NCBI GenBank assembly: GCA_963796105.1 | Contig: CAWCKJ010000003.1 | Location: 512,001-576,000, forward strand | DNA: 64,000 nucleotides | From: a candidate division FCPU426 bacterium | Lineage (GTDB): Bacteria > Oederibacteriota > Muellerivitia > Muellerivitales > Muellerivitaceae | Reading direction: 5' to 3' | Shown here: piece by piece, positions 19,277 through 29,168 of the stretch | How positions within the stretch are numbered: the stretch's first letter is position 1 | How the letters are laid out: every line of letters starts with the position of its first letter | Made by a program: the position numbers and the translations under genes | The notes under the pieces: model-generated | Database searches by the model: none | What the model was told of the DNA's origin: nothing | What the model saw: only the letters and a program-made list of their open reading frames with translations

Positions 19277-20956
19277 TTATTGAATTTCCCGGATCAGATT
19301 GTTGTAAGTATCTGCGACATAAATAGTTTCGGAAGAATCAACTGCGATTCCTATGGGTTCATAGAAAGATGCGGTGGTCCCCGTTCCGTTTGTAGATCCA
19401 GGAACACCAGCCGACCCAGCCAAGGTCGTCACCACACCACCAGGAGAAATTTTCCGGATCAGTTGGTTGCCGGTATCTGCAACGTAAACATTTCCACAAG
19501 AATCGACCACAACTCCACCAGGACCACCAAACGATGCAGCGGTCCCCGTTCCATTGGCGGACCCCCAAGCCCCAGACCCCGCCAGGGTCGTCACCACTCC
19601 ACCTGGGCTGATTTTCCGGATCAGATTGTTGCCACTATCCGCAACGTAAACATTCCCTGAGGAATCAACCGCGACTCCAGCGGGACTACTGAACGATGCG
19701 GCTGTACCCGTTCCGTTGGCGGACCCAGCAACCCCGATTTGGCCCGCTAGGGTTGAAACCACTCCCCCAGGGGTAATTTTATTGATCGCGTCACCATTGC
19801 TTTCCGAGACGTAAACATTTCCGGAGGAATCGACCGCGATTCCAAAGGGTAAATTGTAAACTTGGGCAAAGGTCGTCACCATACCCCCAGGAGAGATTTC
19901 TCGGATCAGTTGGTTGCCACTATCCGTTACGTAAACGTTTCCAGAGGAATCGACCGCGACTCCCCAGGGCTGATTGAACGATGCGGCTGGTCCTGTTCCG
20001 TCAGCATACCCAGTTACTCCTGCCGACCCCGCCAGGGTCGTTACCACACCGCCGGAAGTAATTTTCCGTATAATATTGTTGTTGAAATCAGCAACGTAAA
20101 CGTTACCGGAGGAATCGACCGCTATTCCAGTAGGATTATTGAACCAAGCGGCAGTCCCTGTTCCATTGATAGCTCCAGCATAACCAGATCCTGCCAAGGT
20201 CGTCACTACGGCACCATTGGCAGGGCAAAGAGTAGACGTAATAGTGGCAGTTGGCGTGAGCGTCGACGTTCCAATCGAGGTAGTGGTCGAAGTCGGTGTA
20301 TCTGTCGGCGTCATCGTGTATGTCCAAGTTGGTGTTTCGGTTGGGGTGGACGTGAAAGTAAAAGTAGTCGTAGGAATCATAGTTGTTGAGGTCGTCGTCG
20401 GAGTTGGCGTATTTATCGGCGTATTTGTTGGCGTCATTGTGGGCGTCCAAGTTTGTGTATCGGTTGGGGTGTATGAAAAAGTAAAAGTGGTGGTAGGATT
20501 CATGGATGTTGAAGTTATCGTTGGAGTCGGCGTATTCGTGGATGTCTCTGTCGAAGTCATCGTTGGCGTCCAAGTTGGTGTATCGGTTGGGGTGGATGTG
20601 AAGGTAAAAGTAGCCGTTGGAATCATGAATGTTGAGGTTGTCGTTGGAGTCGGCGTATTCGTTGGTGTATCTGTGGGCGTTTCGGTTGTGGTGGATGTGA
20701 AGGAAAAAGTTATAGTAGGATCTATGGGCGTTAAGGTCGCCGTCAAGGTGGGTGTACCAGTCGCCGTACCGGTGAATGTATTTGTGGGAATAAATCCTGT
20801 TGCTGTGGGGGTATTCGTCGGTGTGAAAGCCGGGGTATTGGTCGCGAGCGGTATTGGCATAGAAGGTGTACTAAAATTTTTGGAGCACCCGGTCATGAGG
20901 GCAAAAATTAATATCACCAAAACGGCTGTTTCCTGAAGTAGCGGCTTTCGTTTCAT
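19277..20956 (-). CDS. Lipoprotein with long Thr/Pro linker and C-terminal NHL-repeat propeller
   Basis: ATG 20956 after GGAG; lipobox LMTGC; about 41-aa Thr/Pro tandem units; six [18 protein letters not shown] repeats. Confidence 0.88.
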   Translation of the reverse strand: MKRKPLLQETAVLVILIFALMTGCSKNFSTPSMPIPLATNTPAFTPTNTPTATGFIPTNTFTGTATGTPTLTATLTPIDPTITFSFTSTTTETPTDTPTNTPTPTTTSTFMIPTATFTFTSTPTDTPTWTPTMTSTETSTNTPTPTITSTSMNPTTTFTFSYTPTDTQTWTPTMTPTNTPINTPTPTTTSTTMIPTTTFTFTSTPTETPTWTYTMTPTDTPTSTTTSIGTSTLTPTATITSTLCPANGAVVTTLAGSGYAGAINGTGTAAWFNNPTGIAVDSSGNVYVADFNNNIIRKITSGGVVTTLAGSAGVTGYADGTGPAASFNQPWGVAVDSSGNVYVTDSGNQLIREISPGGMVTTFAQVYNLPFGIAVDSSGNVYVSESNGDAINKITPGGVVSTLAGQIGVAGSANGTGTAASFSSPAGVAVDSSGNVYVADSGNNLIRKISPGGVVTTLAGSGAWGSANGTGTAASFGGPGGVVVDSCGNVYVADTGNQLIRKISPGGVVTTLAGSAGVPGSTNGTGTTASFYEPIGIAVDSSETIYVADTYNNLIREIQ

Positions 20957-20992
20957 ATTTGTCTCCGGACCTGGACGACAATCCGAAAATGC

Positions 20993-21103
20993 GTCAGGGG
21001 CAACCCTTCGGATCGCCACTTGGGCGGGCATGGAACCCCGCCCCAGTACACGTCTAGGCTCCTGGTCAAGCCCGGAGCCTTGGCAGCCGGTCATTGGGCT
21101 AAA
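20993..21103 (-). ncRNA. Structured non-coding element, copy 2
   Basis: Near-identical to copy 1; its 5' edge abuts a minus-strand TATAAT (21103-21108). Confidence 0.55.
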
Positions 21104-21166
21104 TTATACTGATCACATCTTCTACCCTATAGACGGCTTAAAGTTGTTTTATTGCATATATATTTT

Positions 21167-22579
21167 CACTCTTGTCCTAAATAAAGGCCTAAAAAAAGAC
21201 GCCTCCGATTGAAGTAGAATTGGATTTGATGACAGCCCAAAGCAACGGTTACCAGCCGTCGCTACTTCAAACATACGGAGGCGCTTTTTTATGGTACCAC
21301 CAACCAGTCTATTTGCCCAAGTGTTGAAACTCGTAGACCGAACCGCTTTTGAGCGAATCGTGCGAGAGATTGAAGCCGAAAAGCACTCCAAGGGATTCAG
21401 TTGCTGGGATCAGTTTGTTTCCATGCTTTTCTGCCAGATGGGAGCAGCCCATTCCTTGAGGGAAATCTGTGGCGGCCTCAGTACGGCCCTTGGGAAATTG
21501 ACCCACTTGGGTCTTTGCAAAGCTCCCACTAAATCCACCTTGGCCTATGCCAACGCCAAGCGTTCTTGGCGGGTTCAACAAAAGCTTTTTTACCATTTAT
21601 TATCGAAGTGCCAGTTGTTGGCGGCCACCTCAAAAAGAAAATTCAGGTTTAAAAATCCTCTTTATAGCCTGGATTCCAGCACCATCGACCTTTGTTTGTC
21701 AGTGTTCGACTGGGCGAAATTCCGTAGAACCAAAGGGGCCATCAAACTCCATCTTCTGCTGGACCATCAGGGGTACTTGCCCTGCTGGGGACTCGTAACG
21801 GAGGGAGGCACGCATGACGTGAAGGTGGCCCAAAAGCTCGATTTTCCAGTGGATTCAATCGTGGTGATGGATCGGGGGTATGTGGATTTCTTTCTTCTGG
21901 CCCGATGGACATTCCAAGGCGTGTGGTGGGTGACCCGGGCCAAGATCAACATGGCCTACGAGGTGGTGAAAAGCCTGACGGTTCCGAAAACGGGCAACGT
22001 CCTGAAGGACCAGGTGATACGGTTGACGACGTTTCGGTCACATGAAGCCTACCCTAAAGAGATGCGACGGGTGGTGGTATGGGACGAAGACCAGAAGCGG
22101 GAGTTGGTGTTCCTGACCAACCACATGGGTTTTGCCGCCTCGACGGTGGGTGCCATTTACAAGGAACGTTGGCAGATCGAGTTGTTTTTCAAGGCTCTCA
22201 AGCAGAACCTCCGGGTAAAAACTTTTGTGGGTACCACTGAGAATGCCGTTCAGACGCAGATTTGGACAGCATTGATTGCCATGCTACTGTTGAAGTTCCT
22301 TCAATTGAAGAGCCGGATCGCCTGGAGTTTATCCCACTTGGCTGCCATGCTACGGATGAACCTGTTGACCTATCGTGATTTGTGGGCCTGGTTGGATGCA
22401 CCGTTCCTAGTGGCGAGACTGGAACCTTTGGAAAAGCAGATGGAATTAATACATTCTTAATTTGGACAGCATCAGGACGAAAGAGGGGGGGCTTATCCCA
22501 GAAAATTCACGAGCCTGTCCTAAATCGCTTGTTTTCCTGGGAGGTTCAAAGACAAATAGGTTTATCTAGGACAGCAGTG
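21167..22579 (+). mobile_element. IS4-family insertion sequence, apparently intact (1413 bp)
   Basis: Ends CACTCTTGTCCTAAATAAA and TTTATCTAGGACAGCAGTG are inverted repeats; 9-bp target duplication ATATATTTT at 21158-21166 and 22580-22588. Confidence 0.92.
21291..22460 (+). CDS. IS4-family DDE transposase
   Basis: LDSSTIDL, VMDRGY, YKERWQIELFFKALKQ (YREK signature). Confidence 0.95.
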   Translation: MVPPTSLFAQVLKLVDRTAFERIVREIEAEKHSKGFSCWDQFVSMLFCQMGAAHSLREICGGLSTALGKLTHLGLCKAPTKSTLAYANAKRSWRVQQKLFYHLLSKCQLLAATSKRKFRFKNPLYSLDSSTIDLCLSVFDWAKFRRTKGAIKLHLLLDHQGYLPCWGLVTEGGTHDVKVAQKLDFPVDSIVVMDRGYVDFFLLARWTFQGVWWVTRAKINMAYEVVKSLTVPKTGNVLKDQVIRLTTFRSHEAYPKEMRRVVVWDEDQKRELVFLTNHMGFAASTVGAIYKERWQIELFFKALKQNLRVKTFVGTTENAVQTQIWTALIAMLLLKFLQLKSRIAWSLSHLAAMLRMNLLTYRDLWAWLDAPFLVARLEPLEKQMELIHS

Positions 22580-23024
22580 ATATATTTTAACAAATAAATA
22601 AAAACTTTGGTAATTTAAGTGTTTTAAACTCCTTACTTGTTAAACTTTACCGCACTTTTTTTCCATTAAACGCAATTCCTTGATTATTGGGAATTGGCGT
22701 TCGTAGAACAATTTTCGCGTGAAATGTTAATTATATTTGTGCGGGTTAAAGCGGGTCACGAATTAGGCAATTTCGGTAAAACGAGGCTTAAAAGGTCATA
22801 TTTACAAAAAAGCCAAAGGTATAAGGATATTTGCGGGGTAAGCCCGCAGAGGGGTTTATTTGGAATTAGAATTCTCGTCCAACACCTTATCCAACCGGCT
22901 TTTTTGGTCGTCCGTGATTTCTGTAGTGTTCACAAAATATCTTCCGGTTCTGGCGTTACCAGCTTGAGAGGTTTTCCGCCTCGGGTTCTTTTGACAAGTT
23001 GAAAATTTTCCAACGTCTCGTGAA

Positions 23025-23104
23025 AGAAACAAAGGGGTCAGGCCATCATTCAACACTTTATAAAAAATAGAAACAAAGGGGTCAGGCCATCATTCAACAC
23101 TTTA
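23025..23104. repeat. Perfect 36-bp direct repeat, two copies 8 bp apart
   Basis: AGAAACAAAGGGGTCAGGCCATCATTCAACACTTTA at 23025 and 23069. Confidence 0.9.
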
Positions 23105-23297
23105 CGAGCCACATCTCGCTGCATCTCGCGTCGGGCATCCAAAAGCTCACCACGTCGAAAGACATGGGGTCGAGTCTTGTGAACAAGGGGTCAGACTCCA
23201 CGCTCCGCAGCGTGTAGTAGGGTACATATTACACTTTAAACCCAACCACCGGACCCATCCTAAACCCATCTAACGTTTTACCCAACCATGCTAAACA

Positions 23298-23603
23298 TTA
23301 CTTTTTAGATCGATAATGCGCTTTACCAATTTCTTTTTTTGAAATTGGCACACCCAAAGCTTGCGCCTCGGCTTGTAGCCTCGGCACAGGGGTTTTTTCG
23401 CGGACGACCGGGACTTTCTCATCCACATTTACATATACAGCTTTGCCGTTGCGCATGACGGCAATGGGAAGACCTAAACGCCTATGTTCCTCGATGACGC
23501 CATCCACAGCCAACTGAAGGGCTTTCTCGGCCCTCAGCCCCTCCGGAGTCGGTCGATTAGAAACGCGTTGTTTCTTCAATGCGGTTTTTTTAAAAGCTTT
23601 CAT
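23298..23603 (-). CDS. Putative antitoxin partner of the zeta-like ATPase
   Basis: Overlaps the upstream gene stop by 4 bp; AVDGVIEEHRRLGLPIAVMRNGK; second copy at 25042. Confidence 0.7.
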   Translation of the reverse strand: MKAFKKTALKKQRVSNRPTPEGLRAEKALQLAVDGVIEEHRRLGLPIAVMRNGKAVYVNVDEKVPVVREKTPVPRLQAEAQALGVPISKKEIGKAHYRSKK

Positions 23604-24187
23604 CTAACCCTCTTCAACATTTCAACAATTCTACCGTAAATTTCGGGCAGTATAATGCTATCTTTCCCCGGGGACCGCTCAAATACCAGCCGGGGCGTGG
23701 ATGAGGAATTGTCGAATATCGCGCAATAATCAACCAAGTACATATAAATATCAAAGAGATTTCGCAATCCTTTGTCATAACGACGGCGCGCAACTTCCGC
23801 CGGAATATTATGCCCTCCTAAACGCACCCTGTCGGCAATCCGCTTGAGAGCCAAAGGAATCCCAGGTATCCAAAGGAAATAAAGCCTGATCTCATACCCC
23901 TTGTGGCGCAGTTCCTTAAACAGACGAATATATCCCATACCGAAAAGCGTTGTTTCAAAGCCAAACCCGGTCCCACGCCGGACTTGTTCCCGGATGCTTC
24001 CCATGAAAAGCCTGCCGGCTTGAATGGCCGCGGCGTCAACATTGAACGGTGACAATCCCTTCGCGATCAAGTCGGCGTTGATGAAATTGCGGCAGTCGGC
24101 GATCTTGGGCAGGTACTGGGTCGCGAAAGTAGTTTTACCCGAGCCGTTCGGCCCGGCGATCACGTAAACAACCGGTTTTGTTTTCAC
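23600..24187 (-). CDS. Zeta-toxin-like / AAA P-loop kinase
   Basis: IAGPNGSGKTT, FINADLIA, FETTL, RVRLGGHNIP. Confidence 0.88.
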   Translation of the reverse strand: MKTKPVVYVIAGPNGSGKTTFATQYLPKIADCRNFINADLIAKGLSPFNVDAAAIQAGRLFMGSIREQVRRGTGFGFETTLFGMGYIRLFKELRHKGYEIRLYFLWIPGIPLALKRIADRVRLGGHNIPAEVARRRYDKGLRNLFDIYMYLVDYCAIFDNSSSTPRLVFERSPGKDSIILPEIYGRIVEMLKRVR

Positions 24188-24286
24188 ACAACACCTTCTT
24201 TGAACATTGGGACTTTTACTTTGAGCTGTTGGAGGGTGCTCATTGTATTCATGGAAGTATTCTAGAGAAAATAGTTAGGAGTGAGG

Positions 24287-24360
24287 AGTTAGCCCCAACT
24301 GTTTTTTAACAGTTGGTACAACCAAATCTCGTCATTCGCCTTGTAGGCTCACGACAGGTG
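24287..24360. repeat. Dispersed REP-like structured repeat, short form
   Basis: Colinear with 27897-28075; flanked by TTAGGAG/TGAGGAG heptamers. Confidence 0.85.
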
Positions 24361-24388
24361 AAGTTAGGAATTGGTCATTAACCACTGA

Positions 24389-24929
24389 TTAACGAACCCG
24401 ATAAAGCGACTTTTTTTCCTCGAGATACCCGATCCGCCGTTTGGGTTTCTCCGGCACTTTCATCAGATCCCTTAAAGCATCGAAAACAGCCTGGATTTTC
24501 GCGTCTTGGGAACCAACTTTTTTCTCCAAGGCTTCCAATTTTCGAGCTAAATCCTTATGAACCGCCAAAGCTTCCCTAAGGCGTATAAACGCTCGTACGA
24601 CGAAAACACTCATTCTCACAGCTTGTTTGCTATTGAGGACGTTTGCCACCATCATTGCCCCGTGCTCGGTAAAGACATATGGCGGAAAACGGGGGTCACG
24701 ATGCTTCTGGGAACCGGTCGCAAATTGCGACCGGTTCAAATCCTCCACCTCAGGCCCAGAAAGGCGAAACATGAAATCATCAGGGAAACGGTCTTTATTA
24801 CGTCTAACCTGTTCGTTCAAGCGTTTCCGTCTGGACTCCATAAATACGCGCTAAATCGGCATCCAAAATAATGAGAATCAATCCCTCGACAACAGCCGGA
24901 ACCTTATATTCACCTTGTTCTTCCGTCAT
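24389..24929 (-). pseudogene. ORF6N-domain DNA-binding protein, frameshifted near 24830
   Basis: ATG 24929 after GGAGG gives ...ILDADLARIYGVQT, then another frame KRLNEQVRRNKDRFPDDFMFRL...PYVFTEHGAMM. Confidence 0.85.
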
Positions 24930-25041
24930 ATACACCTCCAAGCCTTAATCTTGATATCGCAAATTGCGATATCAAACCGGTCGCAATTTGCAACCGCATC
25001 AAACAACCGGATTATTTTAAAACCCCTAAAAAACTCTGAAA

Positions 25042-25278
25042 TTATCGTTTTGCCCGATAGCGCGCTTTGGGCTCGTTCACGGCCGGGACTATCTCAGCCA
25101 CATTTACATATACAGCTTTGCCGTTGCGCATGACGGCAATGGGAAGACCTAAACGCCTATGTTCCTCGATGACGCCATCCACAGCCAACTGAAGGGCTTT
25201 CTCGGCCCTCCGTCCTTCGGGAGTCGGTCGATTAGAAACTCGTTGTTTCTTCGATGCGGTTTTTTTAAATGCTTTCAT
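25042..25278 (-). CDS. Second copy of the putative antitoxin
   Basis: About 95% identical to 23603 over the first 60 aa; part of the 229-bp duplication. Confidence 0.7.
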   Translation of the reverse strand: MKAFKKTASKKQRVSNRPTPEGRRAEKALQLAVDGVIEEHRRLGLPIAVMRNGKAVYVNVAEIVPAVNEPKARYRAKR

Positions 25279-25363
25279 CTAACCCCCTTCAACATTTCAA
25301 CAATTCTACCGTATATTTCGGGCAGTGAGCGCAATAGGATCACGTCATTCTTTTGTGATACCA

Positions 25364-26422
25364 TTAATGGCGCGTGGACTCGATTCTCTCCCATAGGGCA
25401 TCCCGGCCCTTACCCAGGCACCTGATGAGACCTTTGCCCTTCAAATCCGACAAAGCCCTTTTTAAAGTCGGATAACTGACCCCGGGACAAGCCTTTTGCA
25501 AATCGCCGAATTTGAACTGTTGGGACAGGCGCGTGACAGCGTTCTGGACCATTTCACGTTTGGCGCCCTTCGCGCTGGTGATGGACCCCATCCGAGCCTC
25601 GAAATCATCGTAAGCGGCTGTCAACATGCCCAGGAAATATTCCCACCATGGCCTCGTGTCATGGCGGGCCGCATGCCAATCCTTGGAACTCTTCAGAAGA
25701 GTTTCATAGTATGACTCTTTGCTTTGCTCCACCACCCGTTCCAAGCTGATATAACGACCCACCTCAAAACCCTGCTGATAAAGAAGTAAAAGCGTCAAGA
25801 GGCGGCCCAACCTGCCATTGCCGTCCATGAAGGGATGAATGCATTCAAAGTCCAGGATGAAGGAGGCCACCAGAAGAAGGGCGTCCACTTTTTCCTCATC
25901 CAAAGACTTTTGATAATATTCCAGCAATTTTTCCATGAACTCGGGCGCCGCCAAAGCGGAAACCGGTTTGAACCGGACAGCCGCTTGCCCGCCAGGCTTT
26001 ATTTCCAGGATGGCGTTATCCTTGCTCTTCCAATGGCCGCCATTTTCGGGAGTGTATCGATACATGCGACGATGCCAGTCCAGGATCAGACCGGTTGTCA
26101 ATTTCATGCGAGAGTGGTTGGTGTGGATATCAGCCAGAACATCCCTGTAACCGGATACTTCCTGCTCGGAACGGTCCTGTGGTTTGGTCTTTCCAGTCAC
26201 CAAGGGGGCCAGACGGTTGGGAGAGACAATGATACCCTCGATACGATTGGAGGATTCAGCGCTTTGGATCATCGCCACTTGGCGCAGGGTTTCAAGAATT
26301 TCCGGGGACTGGTCAGTGTGCATATCTTGCCGGCCCCGATACTCGCCCAACACCCTAAGAGACTTGCCCAGTGAATGGCCCAAGGGAGTATCCAACAAAT
26401 AGCCATGTTCGAAAGATTTCAT
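25364..26422 (-). CDS. Fic-domain protein (class II)
   Basis: HPFMDGNGRLGR; SNRIEG inhibitory motif; C-terminal wHTH. Confidence 0.92.
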   Translation of the reverse strand: MKSFEHGYLLDTPLGHSLGKSLRVLGEYRGRQDMHTDQSPEILETLRQVAMIQSAESSNRIEGIIVSPNRLAPLVTGKTKPQDRSEQEVSGYRDVLADIHTNHSRMKLTTGLILDWHRRMYRYTPENGGHWKSKDNAILEIKPGGQAAVRFKPVSALAAPEFMEKLLEYYQKSLDEEKVDALLLVASFILDFECIHPFMDGNGRLGRLLTLLLLYQQGFEVGRYISLERVVEQSKESYYETLLKSSKDWHAARHDTRPWWEYFLGMLTAAYDDFEARMGSITSAKGAKREMVQNAVTRLSQQFKFGDLQKACPGVSYPTLKRALSDLKGKGLIRCLGKGRDALWERIESTRH

Positions 26423-26985
26423 GTCATTTCCTTTATAAAAACACTTAGGGCGGGGCGGCCTATTAATAGTATCACGAAATAGATTCTTGATACCATTATT
26501 TTCAGGGATCGTTTTTATGAAAAGACAACGGGGTCAAGTCTTCATTTTATATTCAGAAAACCTTTTCACGATACCCTGATCCCCCACCAAGCCCTTCCTT
26601 TGCACCGTGCACCGATACCCAGTCCCATTCTTCCCAAAACTTTTAGTCCTTGGCCTTCGACTTAAGCAGATCGTTATTTGGGTTCATTTTTCTCTTGGAT
26701 ATTTTATGTAGCGTACTGATTCTCATTACCCCTTCTTCTTTTTGCCTTTTCCCTTCTTCGTATCCTCGCCCATTTCATCCCCCAATTATTTTTCCAATTC
26801 CTCGATGGTGGGTAATCCGGTTTTTCGAATACAAGCAGGGGTATTTTCTTACGCGAAGGCAATTGTGCAAGGGGTCATTGCACAATTGACCGTTCCGGCC
26901 ATGCCGCCGCAAGGGTTTTTAAGAGAATCAATGATTTCCGTATCAGGCATGGCCATAAAAGCCCCCTAACAATTATATTTTCGAT

Positions 26986-27228
26986 TTATTCCCCTACCAT
27001 TTGGTCCGCCAAGATGTTTCCGGTGGTTTGATCTATCACAATCACTCTTCCCCCGCCCAGATGAGGCGTGCCAGAGGGGCAAAAAACGCACCAAACATCA
27101 TCGCCGGATAAGTCCGACGCTCCATAAAGGTTTAGGTCCTTCGGAATCCCATGGACGATTTTGAAATCGCCCATCGTACCCGCCACCTTGTTTTTCGCGA
27201 TCTCAAGCGCATTATTTTGATCTATCAT
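26986..27228 (-). CDS. Small hypothetical protein
   Basis: GGGAG RBS upstream, 80-aa globular-looking sequence; no family recognised. Confidence 0.55.
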   Translation of the reverse strand: MIDQNNALEIAKNKVAGTMGDFKIVHGIPKDLNLYGASDLSGDDVWCVFCPSGTPHLGGGRVIVIDQTTGNILADQMVGE

Positions 27229-27851
27229 AATTTGAATTCTCCCTTACTTCTTATTCCCCACGAAGTTCATGGCTGAATTTAAAGCCGAATAACTCGAAAG
27301 TTTCTTTACGGGTAAAAAAGACACCGTCCGTTACACGCAAGAAGCCGGATTCTTCCATCCCCACCCGGAAATTGCCGTCTTTCTGGGCCCCTTTCAGGGC
27401 GTCATAATGCTCCATCCCTGTGTAAATTTTCCCCGAGATCGGGTCCTTGATAGCGGCCGTGAAAATCAGATTTGTTAAAGGGTTCAGTCATAAAAACCTA
27501 TTTTTTGGGTTTGTGATATTTAAAAGGTTTATCGCATTCAGTGCAAAGCAAATCCTTGCCTTCGGCGCCATCCATCCCACATCCGCCCAAAACCAGCTTA
27601 CCCTCGCTCATCAATTTCTCCATGCCCTCGCTCATATAGGGCCATTCCCCAAAGAATAACTGCCACTTTCTCGGACGAGCAATAGGAGCATTTTTGCCCC
27701 TTCAGGGTCCGTTTGGTTTCCCGAATCATTCTCAGGTCTTCTTCATCTATTTTCATTCGCAATCACCTCATGACTTTGTTTGATCTACAAGAATAGATTA
27801 CACCAGGGTACGGACAATCCTAAAAACGACCCAAATAAATGAAATTAGGGG

Positions 27852-28095
27852 CCCCTTCGACGAGCTCAGGGCCCTGAGCCCCGTCGAAGGGTTAGAAGTT
27901 AGCCCCAACTGTTTTTTGACAGTTGGGACAACCACCCCTTGGGCTTTCGCCCAAGGGCGATAAAAATCATCGAATCTCGTCATTCGCCTTGGACCAACTT
28001 TCTTTAAGTTGGCATTATCAAGATCTGCCCTTCACCTAGTGGGTGAAGAGCAGATAAATAGGCTCACGACAGGTGGAATTATGAATTAGGAGTTG
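27852..28095. repeat. REP-like palindrome plus long form of the 24287 repeat with two inserted hairpin modules
   Basis: CCCTTCGACGAGCTCAGG/CCTGAGCCCCGTCGAAGGG palindrome, then core 27897-28075 with insertions at 27935-27972 and 27992-28058. Confidence 0.85.
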
Positions 28096-28150
28096 ACTGA
28101 AAAACAATGAAAAATTGTAGAAGAACCCTTAAGACATTATATCGTTGTAT

Positions 28151-28456
28151 CTAAGCGGAATGCGCGTGGATGCGGGTTTCGATCCGGGTCCATCCGGCGC
28201 GTTGCGCGAGCCGAAGGTCATAATCCGTTTGCAGGTTGAGCCAGGTTTCAGGTGTCACGCCAAAATACTTCCCAAGCCTTAACGCCGTGTCCGCCGTGAT
28301 TGACCGCCCGCTGTTGACGATCCCGCTGATACGGTTTGGGGGAACCATGATCTCCCTGGCCAAACGGTTAATGCTGATACCCATCGGCTTCATGAATTCC
28401 TCCAAAAGCACCTCCCCCGGATGGATGGGGACTAATTTCTTGGTTTTCGCCGTCAT
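28151..28456 (-). CDS. higA: HigA family antitoxin
   Basis: PIHPGEVLLEEFM...SITADTALRLGKYFG...WLNLQ. Confidence 0.95.
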   Translation of the reverse strand: MTAKTKKLVPIHPGEVLLEEFMKPMGISINRLAREIMVPPNRISGIVNSGRSITADTALRLGKYFGVTPETWLNLQTDYDLRLAQRAGWTRIETRIHAHSA

Positions 28457-28464
28457 CGCTCACC

Positions 28465-28743
28465 TCAATGATAATCAATAATTTCCACGTCGATCGCTTC
28501 CCCATCGCGCCATCGAAAACAAATCCGCCATTGTTTATTGACGCGGATACTGTGCTGGCCTTCCCGGTCCCCCTTTAAGGCCTCCAACTGGTTCCCGGGT
28601 GGGACCCGCAAATCCTCAAGTTTCTTCGCCGCGTTCAAGTAAAGAAGCTTACGCCTGGCGACACGCTCAATATTCGCGAAACACGCGACCACGTTATCAT
28701 GGAATAGCGACTCGGCGTCTTTATCCCGGAACGATCGAATCAT
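28465..28743 (-). CDS. higB: HigB (RelE-superfamily) toxin
   Basis: MIRSF...DLRVPPGNQLEALKGDREGQHSIRVNKQWRICFRW...DYH. Confidence 0.95.
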   Translation of the reverse strand: MIRSFRDKDAESLFHDNVVACFANIERVARRKLLYLNAAKKLEDLRVPPGNQLEALKGDREGQHSIRVNKQWRICFRWRDGEAIDVEIIDYH

Positions 28744-28748
28744 GAGTA

Positions 28749-28777
28749 AGGGTATTACGCCTCTCGTAATATGTCAA
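28749..28777 (-). promoter_or_regulatory. higBA sigma70 promoter with palindromic operator
   Basis: TTGACA-17 bp-TACCCT; TATTACG-N5-CGTAATA (28753-28771) spans the spacer. Confidence 0.8.
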
Positions 28778-28928
28778 GGGGACCAAGGGGCCACCCACTC
28801 GCACCGCGGTTCAGAGAACTCCTCCGGGCTGGCGGTTCGGAATAAACTTTGATAACAATGAAAACCAAGAAACATTAAATACGCAGTTATTTAAAGATCC
28901 GGGATTTGTGCGATTTTTTAGATTTGGA

Positions 28929-29168
28929 TTATTTATGAAATTCAGGCCGGTTGGCCCCTGGAACGTCCTTGTATTCAGCCTTCAGTTTTTGCATTCTCAC
29001 CGCGTACATTTTCCGGAGAATCCCCGCCTGTTCCCCATCAATTCCCGGAACCGGATTCAGCATGTCGATTTGCCTTTGGAATTTAGCGAGCTCTTCCCCG
29101 GCCAATTTAAGAAGCAAGGGTGTTTTCGCGTTCTGGATCTCATCCCGCCAATATGGAAAGTCTTTCAT
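28929..29168 (-). CDS. Small hypothetical protein
   Basis: 79-aa ATG ORF filling the intergenic gap. Confidence 0.45.
   Translation of the reverse strand: MKDFPYWRDEIQNAKTPLLLKLAGEELAKFQRQIDMLNPVPGIDGEQAGILRKMYAVRMQKLKAEYKDVPGANRPEFHK

Noticed and set aside
23025..23104. 36-bp direct repeats as a CRISPR array
   Set aside because: Only two copies, an 8-bp spacer and no cas genes in the window
26650..27540. Possible toxin or phage gene remnants around the 80-aa ORF
   Set aside because: Short frameshifted fragments; family assignment is not supportable without a search
10513..28743. Integron with a cassette array
   Set aside because: The integrase is phage-type with an excisionase and no evident IntI insertion; I found no attC-like RYYYAAC...GTTRRRY sites between the genes
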